From: Euglena gracilis
Lineage: Eukaryota
NCBI GenBank assembly: GCA_039621445.1
Contig: CP154954.1
Span: forward strand, 38,301,703 to 38,365,702
DNA: 64,000 bases
Reading direction: 5' to 3'
Each line of letters starts with the position of its first letter. Position 1 is the first letter of the stretch. This document shows, piece after piece, positions 24,401 through 36,500 of the stretch. The notes beneath the pieces were generated by a model, which searched no databases, had not been told where the DNA came from, and was given only the letters and a program-made list of their open reading frames with translations. The translations under genes were made by a program, and so were the position numbers.

Positions 24401-27400
24401 GGCCGACTAGTCGGCGAAATACCCCCTCCAATGTGCTAACGGGTCAAAGCGCCGACTTTTAAGCACCCCCCTGAAAAAAACGTACGTAGAAATCACCTGA
24501 ACGCCACTCAAAACCCACCCAAATGGCTCCAGAGCCCCCAATTGGGGGTGAATATGCAAAAACTGGGGGGGGGATGTCCATATTGGGCCCCTTTTTGACA
24601 AAAGAACACCTCTCCCCATTGGATTTTCAATATACCATGCCCCCCCCCCCCACATAAGACCCCCCCCTGGCCGGCCGAAGGCCGGCCCTTTGGCCGGGAC
24701 CGACCCCCCCATATAAGCCCCCCATATGAGATCCCCCCCCCCCCCGGGATTTTGGCTCCCGAGGGGGGGTCTTATATGGGGGGGGGGCATGGTAATGTCA
24801 AGATTTCGCACAAAAAGGACTTAGCCTTCCAAGTATGTTGCCAACATAGAAGGGATTTTGTTATTTGAGGGGGGGGGGGCGGAGCCCCCCCCGCCTGTGC
24901 CAAAGTGAGCCACAAAAAACGACTTAGCCCCCAAGTGTGTTGCCAACACAGAAGGGATTTTGCTATTTGAAACTCGGATGGGAGGTGGAGGGGGTGTTTT
25001 CTGCCCTTCGTAACGCAGAAAGCTTGCATTTCTAAAGGATTTTCATGTAATCCCTTTTTCATTGTTAATTTTGTAACCCTCTGGACCCCCATCACAGGCC
25101 CACCCACCCCCACCGACCAAAGATTTTCATTTGAGGGTGTTTATGTTGGTGTTAGGCACTTATTTGGACCCATCCGGACCATTTCCAGGTGATTTGGGTC
25201 CGCCACAGACCATTTTTATGACCATCGACTACCGGGGCACCAACTGGTTTGCATAGGATTTTCTTCATGGGGCCTGTTAGTACAAAAGAGTGGGTAGCCG
25301 GCCCACTACACAATACCCCCCATCCCGTCTCGCCGACCACCTACCGCGGCCGACCACCCACTACCATCCCCCAGTCCACCGCCATGGAGGTTGGGGGGGG
25401 GGTGTTGCGGACCCCCCGGTGAACTTCACCGGTGAAGTCCACCGGCCAAAAAAGTCCTCGTGGTGAACGTTCACCGCTGGAGGTTCGGCAGCCCCCCCCC
25501 CCTGGTCACCCGACCCCCTCGGCACGGCGTGCCGAACCATACCAATGAATTTTCCTTTGGGAAAACAGCTTCACCCAAACCGTGCCCCGGGCACGTGCCG
25601 TGTTCCGTTTCAGCTCCAAACGGGAATTGAATTCACGGCGGGTAGCACTGCTTCACCCAGACCGTGCCCCGGGCCCAGGGGAATTGCTCTTTTTTGCCCT
25701 CGCTCCGTTTTCATCGTTCGGCGAACTTCGCAATTCCGAAATCGTCATCAACGACGAGATGAAGTTCAACGCAACGATTGTGCATTTGTTCTGCACACTG
25801 CTGGTGTGTTTTGTTTTGTGATTGGTTGGGGATCAGCTGCAACCAATGCCAATTTTTTTTGGCAAAGTGACAAAAAGTTGTCAGGGAAAAAAATTCAAAA
25901 AGAAATGAAACAGTATCAATAAAATATGTGTCTCTAATTCAGTTCGGGTTGGGACAAGTCACTACAAAATGCAAGTGAACGGTGGCGCGGATTTCGGCAC
26001 TGGAGCGGTGCTGGAATGGAGTGCTGGACGTGATTTTGCCTTCAAAACTCACAAAGAGCACCACATGGCTGAGATGGGCCTTTTGCAGAAGTGGCAGAAG
26101 CTTCTGAGTGCTGAACTCACTTCAGAGACTGTCAACTGCAGTGCATCTGTAGAAAATCTCTCTGTGCAAAAAGAAACAATAAACACGCGCTTTGTGGACA
26201 CATGCGCTTCGAGCAGTTGCGCGGATGTCCACCTTCAGCGTCGTTAACACCACCGGCATTGTCATCAAAAAACTTGTGGAGTTGAGGCAAAATTTGACGC
26301 ACTGCAGGGCAGTGCAATGCCATGCAGCGAAGTGGCAGTGCCTGGCAACACAATGGCAGTGACAGTGCAGTGGTTTGGGTTTCAAAACAGAGTGCAATGG
26401 CAATGCAGTGCAGTGGAGTGCAGTGCAGTGGCGTTGGCTGTGTTGTGATTCATCAGCACTCCAACCCAGAACTGCGTCAGTGCCGACCACTGGCTCCTCC
26501 ATGCTGTTGCATTTTGTTGTGGCTTGTCGCAAGTCCCATGTGCACCTCATCAATCAAGCAGGTGAAATGCTTGCGTGCCAAAAGATGCAAGTGCCAAATG
26601 TTGCAACTGTCAGCTGTCAGTTAAACCAAGACGGTTCCTGTTCACTGGTTCTTGAAGGAATCAAGGGTTAGGGTCAGAGTCAGGGTTGGGGTTAGGTGAG
26701 GGTCAGGTTTAGGGCAGCTGGCGGTCGAGTGGCGAACAGCACCACCAAGTCTTTTTTCCAAAAACCTGCACTTCATGACCAGTGACCAAGCGTTCCACCA
26801 TCTGGACCCTATGCAGTCATGTTTGAGTTTTTCAAATGGCGGTACTTGCTCGCCAAGGGACCTTCACCCAAAATTTTACAACTCGGTTGCCCTGAGGCCT
26901 GAATTGTGGTTGTGTGATACATCTGATGGTTTTGGGGTGAATTTTTGCTTTTGGGTTGGTGTTGTGAGCCATATGACCTGACTTTGATCCCAGTTGTGAG
27001 GCTAAGGTGGGGAAGAAAGGGGGGGAGACAAGAGTGTTTGCTGCTAGTCTTTGCCTCCAGCAACGGCAGGTGAGGCAAAATGTCGGAGGGCTTTGTCTTT
27101 CTTCATCCCTGCCAGTCGTCCGCCTTGGGATGGCAGAATAATCCTAAACCTTGCCCCCAAGCTAACGGGAATTCGCTGAGAATACCATCAACCCCCCCCC
27201 TGAATGACCCCCCTCTTATCCCGGCCAGAACCCCGGAGGGTCACTTAGGGGGGTCACTGAGGGGGATCGAAAAAAAAGGGTCTTGGACACCCCCTACCCC
27301 GTTTTTTTGTAATTTTTTGGCATCAATTCTACAAGAAGGAAAACTCACTTTTCTGAAAATCTCAAAAAATCGGTCAGTTTTGAAGACTTTTTTCCTTGAA

Positions 27401-27569
27401 AGAGCTTTCCATTGTCTGGGCCCGGACCCCGGAGGGTCTTTAGGGGGGGGGGGTCGTTTAGGGGGGTAATGGTGATCCTGCTGGTGATCTGACTAACACC
27501 CTCAGCCCTACCCTACACCTACAACCCTACACCCTCAGCCCCAACCCCTGCACCTTCAAATTGCCCTGA

Positions 27570-28050
27570 GGCAGGGGGGGGGGAAAAATGCGTTTCGCAT
27601 TTTTTCGCATTTTTGCGCATTTTTTGCGCATTTTTTCAAATTTTCCGAAAATGCGCATTTTTGCGCATTTTTTCGCATTTTTTGCGCATTTTTTCGCTTT
27701 TTTCAGCACATTTTTTTGCTTTTTGGCACATTTTTTCGTGATTTTCCAAAATTTTCGCATTTTTGACCATTTTTGCAATTTTTTGCAAAAATTTGAAATT
27801 TTTGACTTTTTTTGAAACATACATTTTCCTCATTATTCTCCATAATTTCTTCAAATTTGGTGCCATTTTTGCATGTTTTTGGGTAATTTTTGCATTTTCG
27901 TGAATTTTGCGCATTTTTTCTCGGATTTTGCACATTTTTGCGCATTTTTTCCAAAAATGCGCATTTTTTGCGCATTTTTTTGCGCATTTTTGCGCATTTT
28001 TGCGCATTTTTTCCGAGGCCGGCCGAGCGCATTTTTCCCCCCCCCCTGCC
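27570..28050. mobile_element. MITE with TIR ggcagggggggggg-aaaaatgcg, 3-bp TSD tga, internal (tttttgcgca)n repeats
   Basis: tga at 27567-27569 and 28051-28053; the internal low-complexity repeats explain the K/C/A/M-rich spurious ORFs. Confidence 0.75.
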
Positions 28051-28070
28051 TGAGGAGGGGATTTTTTTTT

Positions 28071-28391
28071 TACTTGTCTGTTCGTCGATCCATGGCAAAA
28101 CAGGTCGATCCACACTTTTGGCCTACTTTGGGTCAATGATGGACAGGGAAAGCCCAGAACAGGGTTAGAAGACATGGCTGGTGTCGGCACAGGGTCCGGA
28201 GAGCTCAGAGAGCTTGTGGAGCTGCGCACATGGATACACACAGGAGGGGAACGCCCGACGGGTTAGGGTTAGGGTTAACCCTAACCCAAACCCTGACCCT
28301 AAACCCTAAACCCCATCCCTAACCGTTATTGGTGTGGATCGACCAACTAACAGACTTGATGCACTGCCGTGGATTGACCAACAGACAAGTA
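28071..28391. mobile_element. TA-flanked TIR element carrying head-to-head telomere-like repeats
   Basis: TIR tacttgtctgttcgtcgatccatggca / tgccgtggattgaccaacagacaagta; internal gggttagggttagggttaaccctaaccc at 28260-28290. Confidence 0.7.
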
Positions 28392-29020
28392 CCAGGGTTT
28401 CTGCTTTGTAAAGGCCCCAGGGCAACCGATAAAATTTTGGGTGGCGGTCCCTTGGCAACAAAGTACCACAATGATGGTTGATCCCGCATGAATGGTCTGG
28501 GGGAGGGAGGCTGGAGTCGGCCGCTGGACTGCCAAATGGCACTGACATTTGGCTAACTGGAGAAAAATTTTCCCTGTGGCTCACAAATGGCCAAAATGGC
28601 ATTCTTGGGTGGCCATATCCCAAATCGCAAAATCTTGGCTTTTCGGCATACCATGACCCCCCCAAATGTCCCTTCTGCAAATGTCAGTCTGCAAAAAATT
28701 CACTGGTTTTTTGATTTCTTTCAAATTTTGTGTTGGGACCACCCTCTCCAATCCGCTGAATAAGAAAAAGTCATGACCAGTCCAATTACCCTCACCCCCC
28801 CTCTCCCCCAGATTGCCCCCCTGATTGGCCTTTCGGGGTCCGGCAGAAGAGATCCAATCCGGGGGGGGGGAGGGTATGCACAAGATTTGACCAATTTTGC
28901 ATAGGTCAAAAAATGAGGGGGTGGGGGTCCTCCAGCCACCCCCTTAATTGGCCAAATGGGGGTCTGAAGCCATTGGTTAAATTGGGCTGAGTTGAGGGCA
29001 TTTTGGGCAATCCTTCGGTA

Positions 29021-29259
29021 CCACCTCCCCCCCCCCTAATTGACCGTGGGACCTCTCCACGGTCACCCCCCATTTGGTCAATTAGGGGGGGGGGGTTCAA
29101 TTAGGGGGGGTTGGTCAATTAGGGAAGGGGTACCGTCTTTTTGGGGGTGCTTCGGCACGGAATCCCCCCGGGCAGTCAATTAGGGGGGGGGGGTTGAAAA
29201 AATTTTCCCCGGGGCGTTTGGTCAATTAGGGGGGGGTCAATTAGGGGGGGGAGGTGGTA
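29021..29259. mobile_element. TA-flanked MITE (taccacctccccccccctaattgacc); a disrupted inverted copy starts at about 11432
   Basis: TIRs visible; homologous to 11432-11636 plus 23496-23511. Confidence 0.75.
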
Positions 29260-29347
29260 ATAAATTTTTAACACAAAAAAAGTCAGCCATTTTTAGCCAT
29301 TTTGATCCGTTTTGAATCCATTTTCACACTTTCCTCCTCTGTCACAG

Positions 29348-32300
29348 CTCCAGCACCACCTCCCTCCCGCCGCCGATCACTTGGTGACCGCCGGCGCCTC
29401 TCCCCTTCCTCAGCCACACAATTGCTCCGGACCAAAAACCACATCTTTGGTGAGAAAAGTCGGACAGAATCTCATTAAAATGTGGGGGAATCTCACAAAT
29501 TGTGAAGGAAAATGCCAACTGCAAAGACCTCCACCAGGGAAAATATCCATGATGAGCACCCCATGACGCAACCACCCGGGGCAATTTGGGCAAACCTGGA
29601 GTATTTCCCCTATTTGGAGCAATTGCATGCTGACAATTCCTCCCCGCCCCTCTCCCTCCTCTCCCCGCCGCCCTCCCCCTTCCACTCGCCCTCCCCATGC
29701 CGGCGCACAGGGTTGCATGGGAAGCTCCGCAGACATGAGGTAGTTGGCAGGGGAGGGTCACCCCCCCCGCCAGGGGGGTACGGTGGCGAGGGGGATCCAC
29801 CCCCCCCCAGTGTCAAAAGGAGGGTCCCCCCACCCCCCTCCCCCTCCTCCCCCTCCAAAAAAAATCTTCCGACGCTTCGCACTAAGTGTGCATTTTGGGA
29901 CTCTCTTGAGGCTCAGCATGAAATTTCGGCAAAATGGCCAAAAACGACGTCACTCGGGACAGGCGGGGAGTTGTGGGGAAATCAAAATACTGTTAGATGG
30001 GCCATTTTAAGGGCTGCAATTTTGTTCTCCGGACATTTCCTCTAATTCCCTGCCATTTTGAGAAATACCAGAAATTGATTTTTTGACCTCCCCAAAAAAC
30101 GGCCAAAATTTTCGACAACCGAAAACTGGGGGTTGGAGGCGGGGTCCTCCCAACCCCCCCCCCCATTTTGGAAGGATGCTGCCCCCACTCCCATCCCTCC
30201 TCCGAGATCCCATGCGGCCCTGCCGCCGCATCACCTGGTGATCGCCGGCCCGCCGCCCTCCCCCTTCGCCTCGCCTCGCCCTCCCCACGCCGGCACACAG
30301 GATTGCATGGGAAGTTTCGGAAGGAAGTCCGCAGACAGAGGTTGGTGGTAGCAACCCCCCCCGGGGGGGGGGCAAGCTGGCGGGGGGCCATTTCTGAGAA
30401 ATGCCCAAAAAGCTGATTTTTTTAACCCGGAAAATGGCCAAAAATTTCGGCAACCGAAAACTGGGGGTCGGAGGCGAGGACCCCCCCCCCAGCTTTGGAA
30501 GGGTGCTCCCCCCCACTCCCTCCTCCGAGATTCCCATGCGGCCCTGCCGCCGCATCACCTGGTGATCGCCGGCCCCGCCGCCCTCCCCCTTCGCCTCGTC
30601 GCCCTCCCCCTTCGCCTCGCCCTCCCCACGCCGGCACACAGGGTTGCATGGGAAGTTCCGCAGGCAGAGGTTGGTGGTAGCAACCCCCCCCCGGGGGGGG
30701 GCAAGGTGGCGGGGGGCCATTTCTGAGAAATGCCCAAAAAGCTGATTTTTTTAACCCGGAAAATGGCCAAAAATTTCGGCAACCGAAAACTGGGGGTCGG
30801 AGGCGAGGTCCTACCCCCCCCCCCCCCCAGCTTTGGAAGGGTGCTCCCCCCACTCCCTCCTCTGAGATTCCCATGCGACCCTGCCGCCGTATCACCTGGT
30901 GATCGCCGGCCCCCCCCCCCCCCCCCCTCGCCTCCTCCCCCCCACGCCGGCACACAGGGTTGCATGGGAAGTTCCGCAGACAGAGGTTGGTGGTAGCAAC
31001 CCCCCCCCCGGGGGGGGGCAAGGTGGCGGGGGGCCATTTCTGAGAAATGCCCAAAAAGCTGATTTTTTTAACCCGGAAAATGGCCAAAAATTTCGGCAAC
31101 CGAAAACTGGGGGTCGGAGGCGAGGTCCTACCCCCCCCCCCAGCTTTTGAAGGGTGCTCCCCCCCCACTCCCTCCTCTGAGATTCCCATGCGACCCTGCC
31201 GCCGTATCACCTGGTGATCGCCGGCCCCGCCGCCCTCCCCCTTCGCCTCGCCCTCCCCACGCCGGCACACAGGGTTGCATGGGAAGTTCCGCAGGCAGAG
31301 GTTGGTGGTAGCACCCCCCCCCCTGGGGGGGCAAGGTGGCGGGGGGCCATTTCTGAGAAATGCCCAAAAAGCTCATTTTTTTAACCCGGAAAATGGCCAA
31401 AAATTTCGGCAACCGAAAACTGGGGGTCGGAGGCGAGGTCCTCCCACCCCCCCCCCCAGCTTTGGAAGGGTGCTCCCCCCACTCCCTCCTCTGAGATTCC
31501 CATGCGACCCTGCCGCCGTATCACCTGGTGATCGCCGGCCCCGCCGCCCTCCCCCTTCGCCTCGTCGCCCTCCCCCTTCGCCTCGCCCTCCCCACGCCGG
31601 CACACAGGGTTGCATGGGAAGTTCCGCAGGCAGAGGTTGGTGGTAGCACCCCCCCCCCTGGGGGGGCAAGGTGGCGGGGGGCCATTTCTGAGAAATGCCC
31701 AAAAAGCTGATTTTTTTTAACCCGGAAAATGGCCAAAAATTTCGGCAACCGAAAACTGGGGGTCGGAGGCGAGGTCCTCCCCCCCCCCCCCCCCAGCTTT
31801 GGAAGGGTGCTCCCCCCCCACTCCCTCCTCCGAGATTCCCATGCGGCCCTGCCGCCGCATCACCTGGTGATCGCCGGCCCCGCCGCCCTCCCCCTTCGCC
31901 TCGCCATTCTCCCGGTGGCCCCCATCCTGGCCCTCCCGGCCCCCGCCCTGGCCCTCCCGGCCCCCGCCCTGGCCCTCCCGGCCCCCGCCCTGGCCCTCCC
32001 GGCCCCCGCCCTGGCCCTCCCGGCCCCCGCCCTGGCCCTCCCGGCCCCCGCCCTGGCCCTCCCGGCCCCCGCCCTGGCCCTCCCGGCCCCCGCCCTGGCC
32101 CTCCCGGCCCCCGCCCTGGCCCTCCCGGCCCCCGCCCTGGCCCTCCCGGCCCCCACCGTGTTGGCCCTCCCAGCGCCCACCCCGCTGGCCACACCATTGC
32201 TCAACGCCGGTCCTACCCCAACCGGGGGGCCGGGGGGGGGGGGTGGTGACCAACTGGTTTCTTCAGAGTGACTGACTGGTTTTTTGCCCCCCCCCAAGGG

Positions 32301-33470
32301 GTGGGGTAGGCCCGAAAATGAAAAAGTGTATTTTTCGAGATTTTTTGGCAAATGCGCATTGCCTCCTGAAGAGTGGCCAATCCCTCCGGGGGGGGGGGGA
32401 CTGACTGGTTTTTTTGGAGTGGAAAGCAACCCCCTTCCCCCCCCCCCCCCCCGGGGGTCGCTGAGCAATGGTGTGCTGCTGGCCCTCCCAGCGCCCATCC
32501 TGCCGGCCCCCCAGCCTATCCTGCTGGCCCTCCCAGCACCCACCCTGCGGGCCTGCCGGCCCATCCTGCTGGCCACACCATTGCTTAACACCTGTCGTAC
32601 CCCAACCGGGGGGGGTATGCCCAATAATGAAATATTGGCTGGCCTGACGCCGAAGTTGCAGGAATTTTTTTTGGATTTATATATATATGTATATAATATG
32701 TTTTTTTTAATATAAATATGTATATGTATGTATACGTCTGTACACATACAATGAAAAAGTGACTGACTGGTTTTTCCGGAAGTAGTGACTGACTGGTTTT
32801 TTTTTGGAGTGGAAAGCAACCCCCCCCCCCCCCCCCCCGGGGTCGCTGAGCAATGGTGTGCTGCTGGCCCTCCCGGCACCCATCCCGCCAGCCCTCCCAG
32901 CCCTGCGGCCTGTTCAGGGTTTGTTCCCCTGGTGCACCTGACATGTTTTTTTCCCTTCAGAAATTATCGTTTTGCAAGGGGTTGCCCGCCAAAATGGCCA
33001 AATGTGCCCACCTGCTGCCAGGTTTTTTTTGAAGGTTTGCCGAAGATGTATCCATTTTGGACTTTCTCGACCGAGCAGAAGTCCCGGGGCTGTGCAGAAA
33101 CCCTCAACAGCCAATGGGTAACAAATGACAGATCAATGATATATAGTTATGTGCAACGTCCCCATTTTTCTGCACAACAACCAACCCTCGCCCCACCCCG
33201 CCGCCATCAACCAACCTCTTCCTCTACAACTACACTCCACTCAACTACTTCTACAACTACACTCCGCCACCTGCCCCAGCAGCCCCCAGCACCATCGATG
33301 CCGCCGCCCCCACGTTCCGCCCCAAACCTCCGATGCCCCCGGCCCCAATGCCCGCGCCCATCCCCAAGCCCACCAACAACACCCCCACCCCCACCACGAC
33401 TGCAACGACAACCGCCACCACCTGGGCTGTGGCCATCGTCGCCGTCATGCTCCTCTTCCTCGCCTTCCAG
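29348..33470 (+). CDS. Multi-exon 5' part of an unknown Pro/Ala/Leu-rich protein gene, ending in a predicted transmembrane helix
   Basis: Exon pieces LQHHLPPAADHLVTAG (after a cacag acceptor), repeated HHLVIAGPAALPLRLALPTPA, (LALPAPA)x11, ...PTTTATTTATTWAVAIVAVMLLFLAFQ followed by a gtatgt donor at 33471. Some repeat copies carry indels; start codon not identified. Confidence 0.6.
29708..31851 (+). repeat. Six tandem hAT-like MITE/intron plus mini-exon units
   Basis: Elements cagggttgcatgggaag...ttcccatgcg(g/a)ccctg at 29708-30222, 30298-30546, 30639-30883, 30955-31198, 31270-31512 and 31605-31851; TSD-like flanks ccggc(g/a)ca / ccgccg(c/t)a. Confidence 0.85.
31927..32153 (+). repeat. 21-bp coding minisatellite ctggccctcccggcccccgcc (LALPAPA) x about 11
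   Basis: Perfect tandem copies, in frame with degenerate LALPAP exons downstream. Confidence 0.9.
32187..32480 (+). other. Predicted non-canonical intron = TIR element (cacaccattgctca...tgagcaatggtgtg) with 8-bp TSD
   Basis: t|ggcCAC...GTGctgct|g; TSD ccgctggc/ctgctggc; removal keeps PL-ALPAP in frame. Confidence 0.75.
32571..32865 (+). other. Predicted non-canonical intron, sister of 32187-32480, perfect TSD ctgctggc
   Basis: t|ggcCAC...GTGctgct|g; removal keeps ILL-ALPAP in frame. Confidence 0.75.
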
Positions 33471-33559
33471 GTATGTCTTGTTTACATTCCACGCATAATG
33501 GTCAGTCGCTGCAGTGTGATCCGAGTGATGCCAGTCGGTGCAGAGTGATCCGATACGGG

Positions 33560-36500
33560 CGACACCACTGTCACCGGAGCCAGTGCTGGTGAACACCCTG
33601 CAGTAGCGAAACTTTGGCAATTATTTTTTTGGAATAATTCGGGGCGGGGGGGGGGCATGGGGGGAGGCGTGATTTTTCAGGGACAGATTGCCTCAATGCC
33701 AGCAAATTGGGGGGTGCCAAAAAGTGCGACCAGCCCCCGGGACCAGGTCGGCTGGGTTCCCCACCCCCAAAAACCCCACTGTCACCGGAACCACTGCTGG
33801 TAAAACACCCCGCAATAACAAAATTTTGGCCATTTTTCAGTGTAATTTGGGGCGGGGGCGGGGGGTGGGGGGGGGGGGCGTGATTTTTTGGGGCCAGATT
33901 GCCTCAATGCCAGGAATTTGGGGGGTGCCAAAAAGTGCGACCAGCCCCCGGGACCAGGTCGGCTGGGTTCCCCACCCCCAAAAACCCCACTGTCACCGGA
34001 ACCACTGCTGGTAAAACACCCCGCAATAGCGAAATTTTGGTAATTTTTAAGTGTAATTCGGGGCGGGGGGGGGGGGGGGGGGGGGCGTGATTTTTTGGGG
34101 CCAGATTGCCTCAATGCCAGGAATTTGGGGGGGGCAAAAAAGTGCGACCAGCCCCCGGGACCAGGTCGGCTGGGTTCCCCACCCCCAAAAACCCCACTGT
34201 CACCGGAACCACTGCTGTTAAAACACCCCGCAAAAGCGAAATTTTGGCCATTTTTAAGTGTAATTCGGGGCGGGGGCGGGGGGTGGGGGGGGGGCGTGAT
34301 TCTTTGGGGCCAGATTGCCTCAATGCCAGGAATTTGGGGGGTGCCAAAAAGTGCGACCAGGCCCCCGGGACCAGGTCGGCTGGGTTCCCCGCCGCCAAAA
34401 ACCCCACTGTCACCGGAACCACTGCTGTTAAAACACCCCGCAATAGCGAAATTTTGGTAATTTTTAAGTGTAATTCGGGGCGGGGGCGGGGGGTGGGGGG
34501 GGTCTTTGGGGCCAGATTGCCTCAATGCCAGGAATTTGGGGGGTGCCAAAAAGTGCGACCAGCCCCCGGGACCAGGTCGGCTGGGTTCCCCACCGCCAAA
34601 AACCCCACTGTCACCGGAACCACTGCTGGTAAAACACCCCGCAAAAGCGAAATTTTGGTAATTTTTAAGTGTAATTCGGGGCGGGGGCGGGGGGTGGGGG
34701 GGCGTGATTTTTTGGGGCCAGATTGCCTCAATGGCAGGTAATTGGGGGTGCCAAAAAGTGCGACCAGCCCCCGGGACCAGGTCAGCTGGGTTCCCCGCCC
34801 CCAAAAACCCCACTGTCACCGGAACCACTGCTGTTAAAACACCCCGCAATAGCGAAATTTTGGTAATTTTTAAGTGTAATTCGGGGCGGGGGCGGGGGGT
34901 GGGGGGGGGCGTGATTTTTTGGGGCCAGATTGCCTCAATGGCAGGAATTTGGGGGGTGCCAAAAAGTGCGACCAGCCCCCGGGACCAGGTCGGCTGGGTT
35001 CCCCACCCCCAAAAACCCCACTGTCACCGGAACCACTGCTGTTAAAACACCCCGCAATAGCGAAATTTTGGCCATTTTTAAGTGTAATTCGGGGCGGGGG
35101 CGGGGGGTGGGGGGGGGCGTGATTTTTTGGGGCCAGATTGCCTCAATGCCAGGAAATTGGGGGGTGCCAAAAAGTGCGACCAGGCCCCCGGGACCAGGTC
35201 AGCTGGGTTCCCCGCCCCCAAAAACCCCACTGTCACCGGAACCACTGCTGTTAAAACACCCCGCAATAGCGAAATTTTGGTAATTTTTAAGTGTAATTCG
35301 GGGCGGGGGCGGGGGGTGGGGGGGGGGCGTGATTTTTTGGGGCCAGATTGCCTCAATGCCAGGAATTTGGGGGGTGCCAAAAAGTGCGACCAGCCCCCGG
35401 GACCAGGTCGGCTGGGTTCCCCACCGCCAAAAACCCCACTGTCACCGGAACCACTGCTGGTAAAACACCCCGCAAAAGCGAAATTTTGGTAATTTTTAAG
35501 TGTAATTCGGGGCGGGGGCGGGGGGTGGGGGGGCGTGATTTTTTGGGGCCAGATTGCCTCAATGCCAGGAAATTGGGGGTGCCAAAAAGTGCGACCAGGC
35601 CCCCGGGACCAGGTCAGCTGGGTTCCCCGCCCCCAAAAACCCCACTGTCACCGGAACCACTGCTGTTAAAACACCCCGCAATAGCGAAATTTTGGTAATT
35701 TTTAAGTGTAATTCGGGGCGGGGGCGGGGGGTGGGGGGGGGGCGTGATTTTTTTGGGGCCAGATTGCCTCAATGGCAGGAATTTGGGGGGTGCCAAAAAG
35801 TGCGACCAGCCCCCGGGACCAGGTCGGCTGGGTTCCCCACCGCCAAAAACCCCACTGTCACCGGAAGCACTGCTGTTAAAACACCCCGCAATAGCGAAAT
35901 TTTGGCCATTTTTAAGTGTAATTCGGGGCGGGAGCGGGGGGTGGGGGGGGGCGTGATTTTTTGGGGCCAGATTCCCTCAATGCCAGGAAATTGGGGGGTG
36001 CCAAAAAGTGCGACCAGGCCCCCGGGACCAGGTCAGCTGGGTTCCCCACCCCCAAAAACCCCACTGTCACCGGAACCACTGCTGGTAAAACACCCCGCAA
36101 TAGCGAAATTTTGGTAATTTTTAAGTGTAATACGGAGCGGGGGCGGGGGGTGGGGGGGGGCGTGATTTTTTGGGGCCAGATTGCCTCAATGCCAGGAATT
36201 TGGGGGGTGCCAAAAAGTGCGACCAGCCCCCGGGACCAGGTCGGCTGGGTTCCCCACCCCCAAAAACCCCACTGTCACCGGAACCACTGCTGTTAAAACA
36301 CCCCAAAAGCGAAATTTTGGCCATTTTTTAAGTGTAATTCGGGGCGGGGGCAAGGGGTGGGGGGGGGCGTGATTTTTTGGGGCCAGATTGCCTCAATGCC
36401 AGGAATTTGGGGGGTGCCAAAAAGTGCGACCAGCCCCCGGGACCAGGTCGGCTGGGTTCCCCACCGCCAAAAACCCCACTGTCACCGGAACCACTGATGG

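Noticed and set aside
25545-26660. Possible transposase or gene remnant in unique-looking, TG/CA-rich sequence
   Set aside because: No recognisable motif in any frame; it cannot be supported without a database search.
27527-28241. Histone H1-like Lys-rich ORFs
   Set aside because: They arise from (tttttgcgca)n repeats inside a MITE with TIRs and a TSD.
28260-28300. Chromosome end-to-end fusion scar
   Set aside because: Only about 3 repeats per side and enclosed by the TIRs of a small element.
31373-32253. Collagen-like GPGGPGR / PGPPGPR ORFs
   Set aside because: Alternative frames of the 21-bp repeat; a 7-residue period is not Gly-X-Y, and the LALPAP frame is the one shared with neighbouring degenerate exons.
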